The notes under the pieces are model-generated. The model was given only the letters and a program-made list of their open reading frames with translations, was not told the origin of the DNA and made no database searches. A DNA stretch of 64,000 nucleotides from a bacterium (GTDB taxonomy: Bacteria; Patescibacteriota; Minisyncoccia; Phycocordibacterales; Phycocordibacteraceae), in assembly GCA_021802705.1 (NCBI GenBank), contig JAJZRL010000004.1, positions 13,862 through 77,861 of the forward strand. Direction: 5' to 3'. This document shows positions 31,905 through 41,196 of the stretch, piece by piece. A program made the translations under genes and the position numbers. The first letter of the stretch is position 1. The number at the start of each line of letters is the position of its first letter.

Positions 31905-31990
31905 ATCCCTTGTGGTTATTGGCTAATGGCACAGCCACAAGGAATGACGCAACCCCTGCTGGGCGTCCAGACCTGAGTCCGGTACCCATT
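31905..31990. other. att-like site abutting recombinase 5' end: CCTTGTGG-N19-CCACAAGG palindrome followed by AATGACGCAAC-N14-GTCCAGAC
   Basis: same architecture at 52320-52400; half-site only at 35686-35730. Confidence 0.5.
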
Positions 31991-32035
31991 TCTCGCCCTC
32001 TTGCGCGGGATATTCAAAAGAGTAGCCTTAAGGCC

Positions 32036-33652
32036 ATGCCACGATCGGCTGTCAAGACGAACAAGCTGAGCATTTATATGATCAAGCCGCAGTTTCAGCG
32101 GCTTGAAGAAATCGTTAACACGACAAGCGACCCTGTCGAGATCGAGGGCGTCGGCCATTTCTTCTACGAGCGATCAGCCCCTCGTGCACCCGCATGGTTG
32201 CGTTCATTTTTCGGGAGCACGCTCGATAGCATCGACGGCATCCTGAGCTCGAGCGCAAAGGGCGTGCTCGTGGTTCCCGTGCGCGACGGGGACGGGACGG
32301 TACATTCCGCGCTTCCGTTCGGCGTCGGTCGGCATCTCCTGCGAGACGACGTTACCGAAGAACGATTCGGCCTCAAGGTCGTTCTCAATTCGGTGGATCC
32401 CGAGAGCCTGCGCAGCATCGATAAGACCACGCTCGGGACGGTACCGAAGCATAGCCGCGAGCAGATGAGCCGCGAAGTGAACGCAAGTGAGTTCGGAATC
32501 GACGTCGATCAGGATCTTCTCACTGCCGTCACGGCGAAATCGCTTGATGAGCGGCTAGGCAAGATGCCGAGCGGGAAAGACGCGCTTAGCCTTAACGTGC
32601 AGGTGTGCGCCGACGGCATTGTCGACCTGCTCCAGCATTGCCTGGCGCGCTATCGCAGCGACGAGTACAAAAAGACCTTTGGCTGGATAGACCAAATCGC
32701 CGAGGTGCGCGATCGCGAGAAAATCGCAGCTCTCAAAGCGAGGCTTGCTGAAAAGCTCGTCGCCGGAGACCTCACTAAGATTTGGATGGCCGTACCCGAG
32801 GTCGTCGACTGGGAGGACGTTCAGGGGTTTCGGTACTTTACGCCGAAGCGAGGCGAGCTTCTGAACGACATTGGTATGGAGTCGTTTCTACACAGAGTCG
32901 ATGACCGCCCAATTACGGCAGAGATGCTGGAAGATGAAATGGTCTACATGATATCGACTCGTACCGGTGAATGGTCGTCACGCTGGACGGCCTACCGTTG
33001 CACGTATGCTGAGATCGAACACGACGGGAAGCTTTACATACTAAATAACGGCCAGTGGTACGAAATTGATAAGGACTTCACTGACTCCGTCCTGGCCGGA
33101 TACCACAGCCTGCCACGTTCGACGACGGTTCTCCCGGACTACGCGCAAGCGACCGAAGGAGCGTACAACCGCGCGGTCGCGACATCTCTCGGGCTGTGCT
33201 GCATGGATAACGACCCGATTGTTCACGGCGGCGGGCGAAGCAAAATCGAGTTCTGCGACCTCCTTACGCCAGACAAGAAAATAATTCACGTGAAGCGATA
33301 TGGCGGCTCGAGTCCTCTCAGCCACCTGTTCGCGCAAGGAGTCGTATCCGGTGAGCTGTTCGCGAGTGACGCGGAATTTCGCAGGAAGGTTAACGATAGG
33401 CTCCCCGACGCATACAAGCTCGCGAATCCAGATACTCGTCCGAAGGCTGGCGAGTACGAGGTCGTCTACGCAATCATCAGCCATTCCGACGCCGACCTCG
33501 ATATCCCATTCTTCAGCAAGGTCAGTCTTAAGAACGCGAGGAGCCGCCTCGAGTTCTGCGGCTATAATGTCAGCCTTAAGAAGGTCGGGAAAGTTAAGCC
33601 GATGAGAGTAGCTGCCGCCGTTGCTGCTGAAGTACCATCGGTCGCCACCTAA
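32036..33652 (+). CDS. hypothetical protein (~539 aa; possibly TIGR04141-like sporadically distributed family)
   Basis: internal ATG of track ORF 31886..33652 (the N-terminal extension overlaps the att-like site); family recall is weak. Confidence 0.5.
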   Translation: MPRSAVKTNKLSIYMIKPQFQRLEEIVNTTSDPVEIEGVGHFFYERSAPRAPAWLRSFFGSTLDSIDGILSSSAKGVLVVPVRDGDGTVHSALPFGVGRHLLRDDVTEERFGLKVVLNSVDPESLRSIDKTTLGTVPKHSREQMSREVNASEFGIDVDQDLLTAVTAKSLDERLGKMPSGKDALSLNVQVCADGIVDLLQHCLARYRSDEYKKTFGWIDQIAEVRDREKIAALKARLAEKLVAGDLTKIWMAVPEVVDWEDVQGFRYFTPKRGELLNDIGMESFLHRVDDRPITAEMLEDEMVYMISTRTGEWSSRWTAYRCTYAEIEHDGKLYILNNGQWYEIDKDFTDSVLAGYHSLPRSTTVLPDYAQATEGAYNRAVATSLGLCCMDNDPIVHGGGRSKIEFCDLLTPDKKIIHVKRYGGSSPLSHLFAQGVVSGELFASDAEFRRKVNDRLPDAYKLANPDTRPKAGEYEVVYAIISHSDADLDIPFFSKVSLKNARSRLEFCGYNVSLKKVGKVKPMRVAAAVAAEVPSVAT

Positions 33653-33700
33653 CATCTTCGTTAGATTGACATTGTATTTCTAGGGACGTACGTTTACGTC

Positions 33701-34696
33701 ATGAAGCCTGACGTGAAGCTCGCAACACTTAAGAACAACCGCAGACAGATCGTACAGCTCCTTGAGGAGCTGGTACTTGCGCCGCGCGTGAACGCACTCA
33801 AGTGGTCGGCCATCACCAAGCAGACTCCAAACATAAAGGTCGGATATCCCGGCCAGCATCTTGCGTCGCTTATTACCGGCATGCCCGGCGAACGGACAGG
33901 TGCTCGAGGGAATGACCTCGTTGATGGATCGGAAGTGAAGTCGTGCTCCCGCATTGACCAGCTCGATGTGTGCAAGAAATGTGGCGCCTCAGTTGCCCGC
34001 AGCGAAACCGAGTGCAGCGCCTGTGGCTCCACCGATATCATTCGCAAAGACGATTCGAAGTGGCTCTTTACGATTCGGAGCGAGGATGATTTACGAGTGC
34101 TCGTGAAGGACGTGAATCGCGTCATGCTTCTCATCGGCGACTACCCAAACTTCGAGAAAGGCGATTACTCAACACTGCGCTTCCAGGCATTTGAGATATG
34201 GACGCATAGCTCACGCAACGCACGCTTCGTCGAGCTTATGACGAACTATTACCGCAAAATCTATCTTGCCCACAAGAAAAGGAATCCGGCGAAGACGCCT
34301 GCACCCAAGAACTTCTGGCCGTTCTCATATCAGTTCTACCTCTGCAACCCAATCCTTGTGTTCGCGTGTACCGTCACGGCGGCCGACACTAATCCGAAGA
34401 TAAAAATCGACCACTATGTTGAACCGACGACGGATCGTTCGAAACTCGAGTCCGTCCCAATGCCCGTGACCTTGCTTAACGAGCAAGAGCTGGCCATTCT
34501 TTTTAAGAAAGCTAAGCCAGCCGAGCTTCAGAAGTGTCTCGTGCCAGGCGCCTCCGTAAAAGGCATGACGCTCGGACGATTCGGCGCTTCACTGAAGTAC
34601 GTTGATGAGCGTCTCCGTAGCTATCTGCCGCTTCGAGATACCGACCGTATCGCTACCGCCAAAGTCGCTTACGTACGACGTCGGAACGGTAGCTAA
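33701..34696 (+). CDS. putative type II restriction endonuclease
   Basis: convergent 4-bp overlap with DNA MTase gene; CxxC...CxxC zinc ribbon; no family-level recognition. Confidence 0.45.
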   Translation: MKPDVKLATLKNNRRQIVQLLEELVLAPRVNALKWSAITKQTPNIKVGYPGQHLASLITGMPGERTGARGNDLVDGSEVKSCSRIDQLDVCKKCGASVARSETECSACGSTDIIRKDDSKWLFTIRSEDDLRVLVKDVNRVMLLIGDYPNFEKGDYSTLRFQAFEIWTHSSRNARFVELMTNYYRKIYLAHKKRNPAKTPAPKNFWPFSYQFYLCNPILVFACTVTAADTNPKIKIDHYVEPTTDRSKLESVPMPVTLLNEQELAILFKKAKPAELQKCLVPGASVKGMTLGRFGASLKYVDERLRSYLPLRDTDRIATAKVAYVRRRNGS

Positions 34697-35646
34697 ATCA
34701 GCTTCTGCTGCACCCTGAGCGCTTCAAGGCGTTCGTTCGCAGCCTTTACATACGCAGGCTCGACTTCGATTCCAATAAACGGCCGGTTGAGTTCTGTTGC
34801 CGCGAGCGCCGTCGATCCAGCCCCAAGGAAAGGATCCAAAACGACCATTCCTTCATGCGTGCTGGCATTGATGATGCGTTTTATGAGCTCGATCGGTTTT
34901 TGCGTTGGGTGATAGCGCTCCTCTTTGTAGAAGTCGAAGTCGCGCCATACGTCCGTAACCCCCATCTCGATGTTGAAAGTCTGACCGATGTCTTCATATG
35001 GATATTTAAATTCCAGGGCTTCTTGCAACCGGTCCCACATTTCTCGAGTAGGAACTTGTGCGAGGATGTTTTCACCCGTATAGAGCGACCATACGCCGCC
35101 GCCGTTCACTTTCACCCCAAGTCGCTTATTAATTTCGAGGGCCGTCAAGCCAAGTTCCTGCTGCCGCTCCTTCAGCATCTGTTTGATAAACGGCTTGCTG
35201 TCGAATATGAAAAAGAGAAGACTCTCCGTCGCGTTCGGAAACATTTTATAGCCGCGCGTCGCCCTGCCTCCAAGCGCTTTCACTCCCTTGTCTATGACGA
35301 CCTGCTGCCGGAAAACGAATCCGAGATCGAGGATGTCTTTGTAGAGGTAAACGAGATTTCGTAGGTACCCGAATAGATAGAGACTGCCAGAAAGCTTTAT
35401 CACTCTCGATAGTTCCTGGAACCACTCGAAGCACCACTTTGCGTAGTCGCTCTCGGTGCGCCACTGATAATCCCAGTGCTCTTTGGCGACCTTCCAATAG
35501 GGCGGATCAAGAATAATCAGGTCAACACTGCGATCTGGAAGTTTCTTCAACTCCTCGACGCAGTCGCCCAAGATAATTTGATTCAGCGGAAGCTGAGTCT
35601 TAAGTTTTTGGCCTTTTCGTTGTGTCGCTTGGGCAGCCATTTGCAT
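34693..35646 (-). CDS. DNA methyltransferase, beta-class (N4-cytosine or N6-adenine)
   Basis: motif IV DPPY (LIILDPPYW) N-terminal of motif I FxGxG (VVLDPFLGAGSTA). Confidence 0.85.
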   Translation of the reverse strand: MQMAAQATQRKGQKLKTQLPLNQIILGDCVEELKKLPDRSVDLIILDPPYWKVAKEHWDYQWRTESDYAKWCFEWFQELSRVIKLSGSLYLFGYLRNLVYLYKDILDLGFVFRQQVVIDKGVKALGGRATRGYKMFPNATESLLFFIFDSKPFIKQMLKERQQELGLTALEINKRLGVKVNGGGVWSLYTGENILAQVPTREMWDRLQEALEFKYPYEDIGQTFNIEMGVTDVWRDFDFYKEERYHPTQKPIELIKRIINASTHEGMVVLDPFLGAGSTALAATELNRPFIGIEVEPAYVKAANERLEALRVQQKLI

Positions 35647-35685
35647 AGATTATTGCGCATTTACTCCAGTTGATAAAGTCGCCCC

Positions 35686-35730
35686 GCATGACAAGGAATG
35701 ACGCGGCTCTCCTTGAATGTCCAGAGCGCT
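35686..35730. other. orphan half att-like motif ACAAGGAATGACGC-N14-GTCCAGAGC, no adjacent recombinase
   Basis: matches the right half of the sites at 31936 and 52354. Confidence 0.45.
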
Positions 35731-35739
35731 GTTCCGATC

Positions 35740-36990
35740 CTTGTCCCCAGCGAGTAAGGTCTCGATCGGGCGCCCGCCCGGCCCGTAACCCTGAAATCAC
35801 ATGGAAAAGACCCTTACCTACGCCGAATACCAGGCTCGGCTTAAAAACGTGCGCACCCCAGAGGACGCCGCCGCCCTCGCCGAAGAGCTGACCGCCTCCG
35901 CGCTCGCCGCTATCCCGCAGGCCGAGCCGGAGGAGGAAGCCCCGGCCCCGAAGGCGAAATACAAGCGCCGTCTTGGCATCCCCGCGATCGACAAAGACGA
36001 CCTTGCCTTCGCTCCGTGGTACGACGTGGTCGCCAACGACAACGAAGCGATGGTCATCACCCTATACGCCAAGGGCCTCACAACCCGCGACATCTCGCGG
36101 TACATGAAGGCGCATCACGGCGTCGACATCTCCCAGCCTGGCGTCTCATCGATCACGGACAAAGTGTTCCCGCTCGTTAAAGAATGGCAGGCGCGCCCGC
36201 TCTCCGCGATGTACCCGATCGTGTATCTGGACGGCATTCACTTCAAGGTCCGCGATGCGGGGAAGATAGCGTCGAAAGTCGCGTACATCGCGCTCGGCAT
36301 CAATCCGTACGGCATTAAAGAAGTGCTCGGCATCTGGGTGACCGATACGGAGGGCGCGAAGTATTGGATGCACGTCCTGAATGACCTCAAAAATCGAGGC
36401 GTCGACGACATCCTCATCGCGTGCGTTGACGGCCTCAAGGGATTCCCTGAGGCGATCAAGGCGGTGTACCCGAACACGGACGTACAGGTGTGCATCGCGC
36501 ACCAGATCCGGAACACCATGAAGTTCCTGCCGTTCCACGATCGCGAGGCCTTCTGCAAAGACCTCAAACTCGTGTACACGGCGGCGAATGCCGAAGCGGG
36601 CCGCGAAGCGCTGGATGAGGTGAAGGAGAAATGGCCTCAATACCGGCCGTACCTCCGCAGCTGGGAAGAAAAGTGGTCGGATCTCGCCACCTTCTTCGAG
36701 TATCCGGCTCCGGTTCGCCGCATGATCTACACGACGAACATGATCGAGAACCTGAACCGGCAGTTCCGGAAGGTGACGAAGACGACCAACGTCTTCCCGC
36801 ACGACGACTCGCTCGTGAAGCTCCTCTGGCTCGCGCAGTCGGACTTCTCGAAGGCTCGTTCCATGGCGCTTCGCAATTGGAGCGAGATCATGGCACAGCT
36901 TTCCGTCCTCTTTGAGGACCGCGTGCGGTTCTAGCAGATCTCTATTAACCAACGGCCGGGCAGGGCTCCCGCCGAATGCCGCTGAGAGCG
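35740..36990 (+). mobile_element. IS256-family insertion sequence (boundaries approximate)
   Basis: mutator-type transposase ORF; short imperfect inverted repeats GCCCGCCCGGCC near 35770 and 36960; ends not precisely resolved. Confidence 0.5.
35801..36934 (+). CDS. IS256-family (mutator-type) transposase
   Basis: DDE region YLDGIHFKV ... VCIAHQIRN, ~380 aa. Confidence 0.85.
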   Translation: MEKTLTYAEYQARLKNVRTPEDAAALAEELTASALAAIPQAEPEEEAPAPKAKYKRRLGIPAIDKDDLAFAPWYDVVANDNEAMVITLYAKGLTTRDISRYMKAHHGVDISQPGVSSITDKVFPLVKEWQARPLSAMYPIVYLDGIHFKVRDAGKIASKVAYIALGINPYGIKEVLGIWVTDTEGAKYWMHVLNDLKNRGVDDILIACVDGLKGFPEAIKAVYPNTDVQVCIAHQIRNTMKFLPFHDREAFCKDLKLVYTAANAEAGREALDEVKEKWPQYRPYLRSWEEKWSDLATFFEYPAPVRRMIYTTNMIENLNRQFRKVTKTTNVFPHDDSLVKLLWLAQSDFSKARSMALRNWSEIMAQLSVLFEDRVRF

Positions 36991-37266
36991 GCATTCGCGC
37001 TCCCGGCCCAGCAAGCGTATAGTGCCGCTATGCGAGAAAAGGAGTGGTACAGAAAAACGCCCGAGGAGAAAATCGCCTCGTTTTTCCTGATGCTCGGCTA
37101 CGGTCTTTTCATGATGGTTTGGGTCCCGATAAAGTGGATCGGGGCTGGGCTCTGGAAACTCGCCAGTGACGTTGCGAAGGGCACCTACGGGCGGCTGGTC
37201 AATTGGGTCGCCGGGATTTTATTTATCGCAATCGCAGGTTGGATCGTAACGGTAGTCGCTCATTAA
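36976..37266 (+). CDS. hypothetical membrane protein (96 aa)
   Basis: two TM helices. Confidence 0.35.
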   Translation: MPLRAAFALPAQQAYSAAMREKEWYRKTPEEKIASFFLMLGYGLFMMVWVPIKWIGAGLWKLASDVAKGTYGRLVNWVAGILFIAIAGWIVTVVAH

Positions 37267-37272
37267 AATCCT

Positions 37273-38772
37273 ATGGCAACCCTGATCTCCAAAACGACCT
37301 TCTTGGAGTTTCTTATGTGCCCAAAGAATATTTGGCTAAAAATCCATAAGCCCGAACTGATAGACCTTTTTGGCCTATCGCCATTTGAACTTCAGTTGGC
37401 CGAGCAAGGCAATGAGGTTGAGGAGTGGGCCCGCAAACTCTTCCCACAAGGAGTGCTTGTCACGCAAACCGGGGACGGTGCCGTCGAAGAAACGCAGCAT
37501 CTCATGGCTGCCGAGACGCCTGCGATTTTTCAGGCAACTTTCGTGGTCGACGGCTTTATTGCGAAAAACGATGTGCTGGCGTACGACAAGAAAAATCAGA
37601 GATGGGACCTCTACGAAATTAAGGGCACGAATTCGATAAAAGAGGACGGCGGCGATCGCGACCATATCGACGACCTCGCATTCCAGGCATCCGTCCTGAG
37701 GCGCGCGGGAATCTCGACGGGTCGTTATTTCCTGATCCACCTCAATAAGGATTACATTCGTGCGGGGGACCTCGAAATAGACCAGCTCTTCCTCGTCGAG
37801 GATATGACGGAGAAAATCACGGCCCGCCTCCCTCAGGTGGAGGAGCAGATGGAGGCCGCTCGCGTGCACCTAACGAAAGAAACCGAGCCGATGGTCGGGT
37901 GCGACTGTATATACGCAGGTCGGAGTTCGCACTGCTCCACATTCAAATACTCGAATCCTCAGGTACCCGAATATTCAATCCATGATCTTGCCCGAATCGG
38001 CAACAGCAAGAAGAAGCTCAAGATCATGGTCGAACGCGGCGCCGTCGATCTCAGGGATATCCCCGAGGATGTGGAGTTGAGCGACATTCAAAAGAACCAG
38101 GTGCGTGTACATCTCACGCAGACACCCATTGTCGATGTCGATGAAATCAAGAAGGAACTCGAGGCGCTGACCTTCCCGTTGTACTTCCTCGACTACGAAA
38201 CCTTCGCTCCTGCAATTCCGATGTTCGGTGGCTACGGGCCGTATGACCGGATTCCATTCCAGTTCTCCCTTCATATTCTCCGCGATCCAAACTCGGAGCC
38301 GGAGCATGTCGAATATCTTCATCTAGACCGTTCAGATCCCTCTCAACCGGTCGCCGAGTTGCTCGCAAAACACATACAGCCGGGTGGCACTGTTATCGCC
38401 TGGAACAAGGGGTTCGAGCAGGGAGTCAATAAGGAGCTTGCGGTTCGTAAATCCGAATACGCTCAACCGCTCGAGCAGATCAACGCGCAGATGTATGACC
38501 TTCGCGACATTTTCCATAAGCAACATTATGTACATCCGGAATTTAAGGGGAAAACCTCTATCAAGAAAGTCCTCCCTCCGCTCGTGCCAGGGGTGCGACA
38601 CGCCGATCTAAACATCAAAGAAGGCGGTCAGGCATCTGACGCCTGGTCACAGATGATCGCGCCTGCCACTTCGCCGGGAGAGCGCGAGAAAATCGCTCAG
38701 GATCTTTTGACGTACTGTGGTCTCGATACGTATGCGATGTTCCAGATCTGGAAACATCTCGCCGAGCTTTAA
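37273..38772 (+). CDS. DUF2779-like protein (RecB/PD-(D/E)xK-like nuclease fold, Cys cluster)
   Basis: N-terminus ISKTTFLEFLMCPKNIWLKIHKPEL typical of DUF2779; internal CDCIYAG..SHC cluster. Confidence 0.55.
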   Translation: MATLISKTTFLEFLMCPKNIWLKIHKPELIDLFGLSPFELQLAEQGNEVEEWARKLFPQGVLVTQTGDGAVEETQHLMAAETPAIFQATFVVDGFIAKNDVLAYDKKNQRWDLYEIKGTNSIKEDGGDRDHIDDLAFQASVLRRAGISTGRYFLIHLNKDYIRAGDLEIDQLFLVEDMTEKITARLPQVEEQMEAARVHLTKETEPMVGCDCIYAGRSSHCSTFKYSNPQVPEYSIHDLARIGNSKKKLKIMVERGAVDLRDIPEDVELSDIQKNQVRVHLTQTPIVDVDEIKKELEALTFPLYFLDYETFAPAIPMFGGYGPYDRIPFQFSLHILRDPNSEPEHVEYLHLDRSDPSQPVAELLAKHIQPGGTVIAWNKGFEQGVNKELAVRKSEYAQPLEQINAQMYDLRDIFHKQHYVHPEFKGKTSIKKVLPPLVPGVRHADLNIKEGGQASDAWSQMIAPATSPGEREKIAQDLLTYCGLDTYAMFQIWKHLAEL

Positions 38773-38810
38773 TCGGCATGCGAAGGAGCTCTTTTGCTGA
38801 TTTGTAGGTA

Positions 38811-39035
38811 AGCCCCTTCGCAAGGCCGCCATTCTAAGCTACCCTTAAGAGACTAGCCCCGTGCTAGTACGACCTAAACCAATGGCCCTGGCCGCTGGCA
38901 TGGTCGAAAATCGCATCGAACCTAGAAAACCCGTCATCAGGGCGTTCGATGCGTTATACGGGGAAACTCGTATAGGCCCGCAAGGGCTCCTGGTGGCGGG
39001 TTTTGTGGCACCCGTCCGACAGGATTTATTCGTTA
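38811..39035 (+). ncRNA. candidate structured RNA (5' leader motif, copy A)
   Basis: homologous to 54297-54560 with compensatory stem substitutions and GCAA<->TTCG tetraloop swap. Confidence 0.55.
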
Positions 39036-39045
39036 GCAACCCTGT

Positions 39046-39612
39046 ATGGACTCGCAAGAAAAACCGACGAAGAAGTTTTACAAGCAATGGTGGTTCTGGG
39101 TGATCGTCGTGCTCGTCCTCGCCGTCATAGGCGAGAGCGGCGGCTCGAAGACTTCCGATCAGACGACCGCGCAGACGGAAGCCGTGCCGACGACGCAGTC
39201 CGCGCCCGCCGAGACGGCGAGTGCCCCGGCGCAAACCGCCGCAGCTCCCGCGAAGCAGACGGCTCCCGCCAAGACGACGACCGCGTCCGTTCCGGCCCCA
39301 GCATCCGCGCCAGCCTCAGCCCCGCACGTTCCCGTCGTCCTGCTCCAAGTGAGCGGCAACGGGCAGAAATCCACGCAGACTTTCACCGCGCCCTCGAACT
39401 GGACGATGGACTACACGTACGACTGTTCTTCGTTCGGGATGCGCGGCAACTTCCAGGTGTACGTGTATAACGCGAACGGCACCATGGCGCTCCTCTCGGG
39501 CCCGAACGAGCTCGGCACCTCCGGCTCCGACACCGAGTACTACCACCAAGGCGGCCAGTTCTACCTCGAGGTCAACTCCGAGTGCAGCTGGACGATCACG
39601 GCGAAGGGGTAG
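39046..39612 (+). CDS. membrane-anchored low-complexity protein (paralog of 54571..55042 in N-terminus)
   Basis: KKFYKQWWFWVIVVLVL anchor, Ala/Pro/Thr-rich linker, C-terminal beta-rich domain. Confidence 0.6.
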   Translation: MDSQEKPTKKFYKQWWFWVIVVLVLAVIGESGGSKTSDQTTAQTEAVPTTQSAPAETASAPAQTAAAPAKQTAPAKTTTASVPAPASAPASAPHVPVVLLQVSGNGQKSTQTFTAPSNWTMDYTYDCSSFGMRGNFQVYVYNANGTMALLSGPNELGTSGSDTEYYHQGGQFYLEVNSECSWTITAKG

Positions 39613-39723
39613 GCCGCTACCAAATCCTTCCGCGATAGACCGTGTGCCAAAGGTGCTCGTCGGTAAGCCAAGCGAGAGGATCTATCTTCTTCGGCGGAAC
39701 GGGACGACGACGCGGTGTCTTGT

Positions 39724-41196
39724 TCATATCACGAAGATGCGCGGCACCCACGGCGGGTCCTCGGTCATCGAGAGTGCGAGCGTCGTAAACGCGTCGGCGA
39801 GGTCGTCGTGCTTCTCGACGCCGAAGTGGACGATCTGCCGGATGAGCTCTTCCGCTCCCGTGCGCGGGAACAGAATTGTGCCGTTCCGGATCATGTTTGC
39901 CGTGAGAATGAGTCGCGTGCGCTTGTCCTGGCTGCCCGGCCTGGTGGTGCGCACGTCGTGCAGCCCTTCTTTCTCGAGTTGTTGCGGAAGCGCTTTTTGG
40001 TACGCAACGTCCTCGACCACGAAGGCAGGATATCGGCCGTCGCTCTCGTAGTAGCTGTCCTCGAGCGTCTTGCAGAGGTCGACGGTCTCCGGGAACGAGA
40101 GACGGCGATTGATGATTTTCGGGAGAATATACAGTCGATAGCCCTCGCGCGTTTCGTAGAGCAGGCCTGGCACCATCGCCGTGTAGTCGGCAGTATCACG
40201 TTTCGAGATTGCGAGGTCGACGGCGATACGCACCACCATATTCGATCTGTACTTTCCTTCGAAAAGCGGCAGAGGCGGCGGGATTTCGTCGTAGTAGTGG
40301 ATCCACGCTGGGTCGATGGCCTGGTCCTCGGCGGGAACGATGTTAAGGAGGTATTCGCGTTGCCACGCATATTCGTTCGCGGCTTTTGCTTTCTCATCCT
40401 CGACATCCGCCATGGTCGGATACTTACCGAGCCAGGCGATGACGCCGTCTTTCACGAGAGGATATGCGCGGAACTCTCCCTTTATCCGACCCTTGTCCAT
40501 GTCGTCCTTGAGCCGCATAAGGGTCGAGTCTTCGTGGAGCAGGTTTCCGACGATTACCATGCGCGTATCGCGGTCTCCCGCCGGGACAACTTCGCCCGTG
40601 AGCCATTGGTACGTCTTATCGCGCCCTTCGCGCGTTTTCGTCGAAGCGATGTCCTCGAGGTCATCGCCGACGATGAGATCGGGACGGTGCTGGTTGTGGC
40701 GGAGTCCGCGAATGGCCTGCTCGGTCGAGACGGCGGTGATCCGCGCGTTTAAGCGCGAGAACACGAGCGAGGACGAACCCCATTCATTTTGCTCCTCTTG
40801 GAAGGGGCCGAGGTCATTCTTCAAGAGGTGATTGCCCTCGAGTTCGCGACGCAAGTTCATCATGTGCTGTTTCGCTTGCGCTTGCGTTTGGCACAGGAGG
40901 AGCACGAACTTCTTTTCGTGTTCGCCGAGGATCGCCCATATCGGGTACGACGTGGTGAATATCGTCGATTTTGCCGACCCGCGAAACGCGACAATGAGAA
41001 GGTTGCGCACCTCCCGATCTTCCGAAAGCCGGAACATTTCATGCTGAAACTTCGCCGTCGGATATCTCACGTAGTGCGCGAAGTAGAAGTGGAAGAACAT
41101 GAAGTGGCTCTTCCGCGTTATCGCCGCGCGGATTTTCCGGTCGCGGAACATCTTGTCCGCGAGGTCAGGCGGCAGGCCGGTCGGTTGAGGGTCCAT
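39724..41196 (-). CDS. phage terminase large subunit-like protein
   Basis: Walker A-like VAFRGSAKST, C-terminal RNaseH-like nuclease acidic residues (VAVDLAIS..D, VVEDVAY, DDLADAF). Confidence 0.7.
   Translation of the reverse strand: MDPQPTGLPPDLADKMFRDRKIRAAITRKSHFMFFHFYFAHYVRYPTAKFQHEMFRLSEDREVRNLLIVAFRGSAKSTIFTTSYPIWAILGEHEKKFVLLLCQTQAQAKQHMMNLRRELEGNHLLKNDLGPFQEEQNEWGSSSLVFSRLNARITAVSTEQAIRGLRHNQHRPDLIVGDDLEDIASTKTREGRDKTYQWLTGEVVPAGDRDTRMVIVGNLLHEDSTLMRLKDDMDKGRIKGEFRAYPLVKDGVIAWLGKYPTMADVEDEKAKAANEYAWQREYLLNIVPAEDQAIDPAWIHYYDEIPPPLPLFEGKYRSNMVVRIAVDLAISKRDTADYTAMVPGLLYETREGYRLYILPKIINRRLSFPETVDLCKTLEDSYYESDGRYPAFVVEDVAYQKALPQQLEKEGLHDVRTTRPGSQDKRTRLILTANMIRNGTILFPRTGAEELIRQIVHFGVEKHDDLADAFTTLALSMTEDPPWVPRIFVI

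Noticed and set aside
31886-32035. N-terminal 50-aa extension of track ORF 31886..33652
   Set aside because: Overlaps the recombinase-proximal att-like palindrome; an in-frame ATG with conserved-looking N-terminus (MPRSAVKTNKLSIYMIK) at 32036 is the more plausible start.
36146-36994. 282-aa minus-strand ORF
   Set aside because: Antisense to the IS256 transposase gene.
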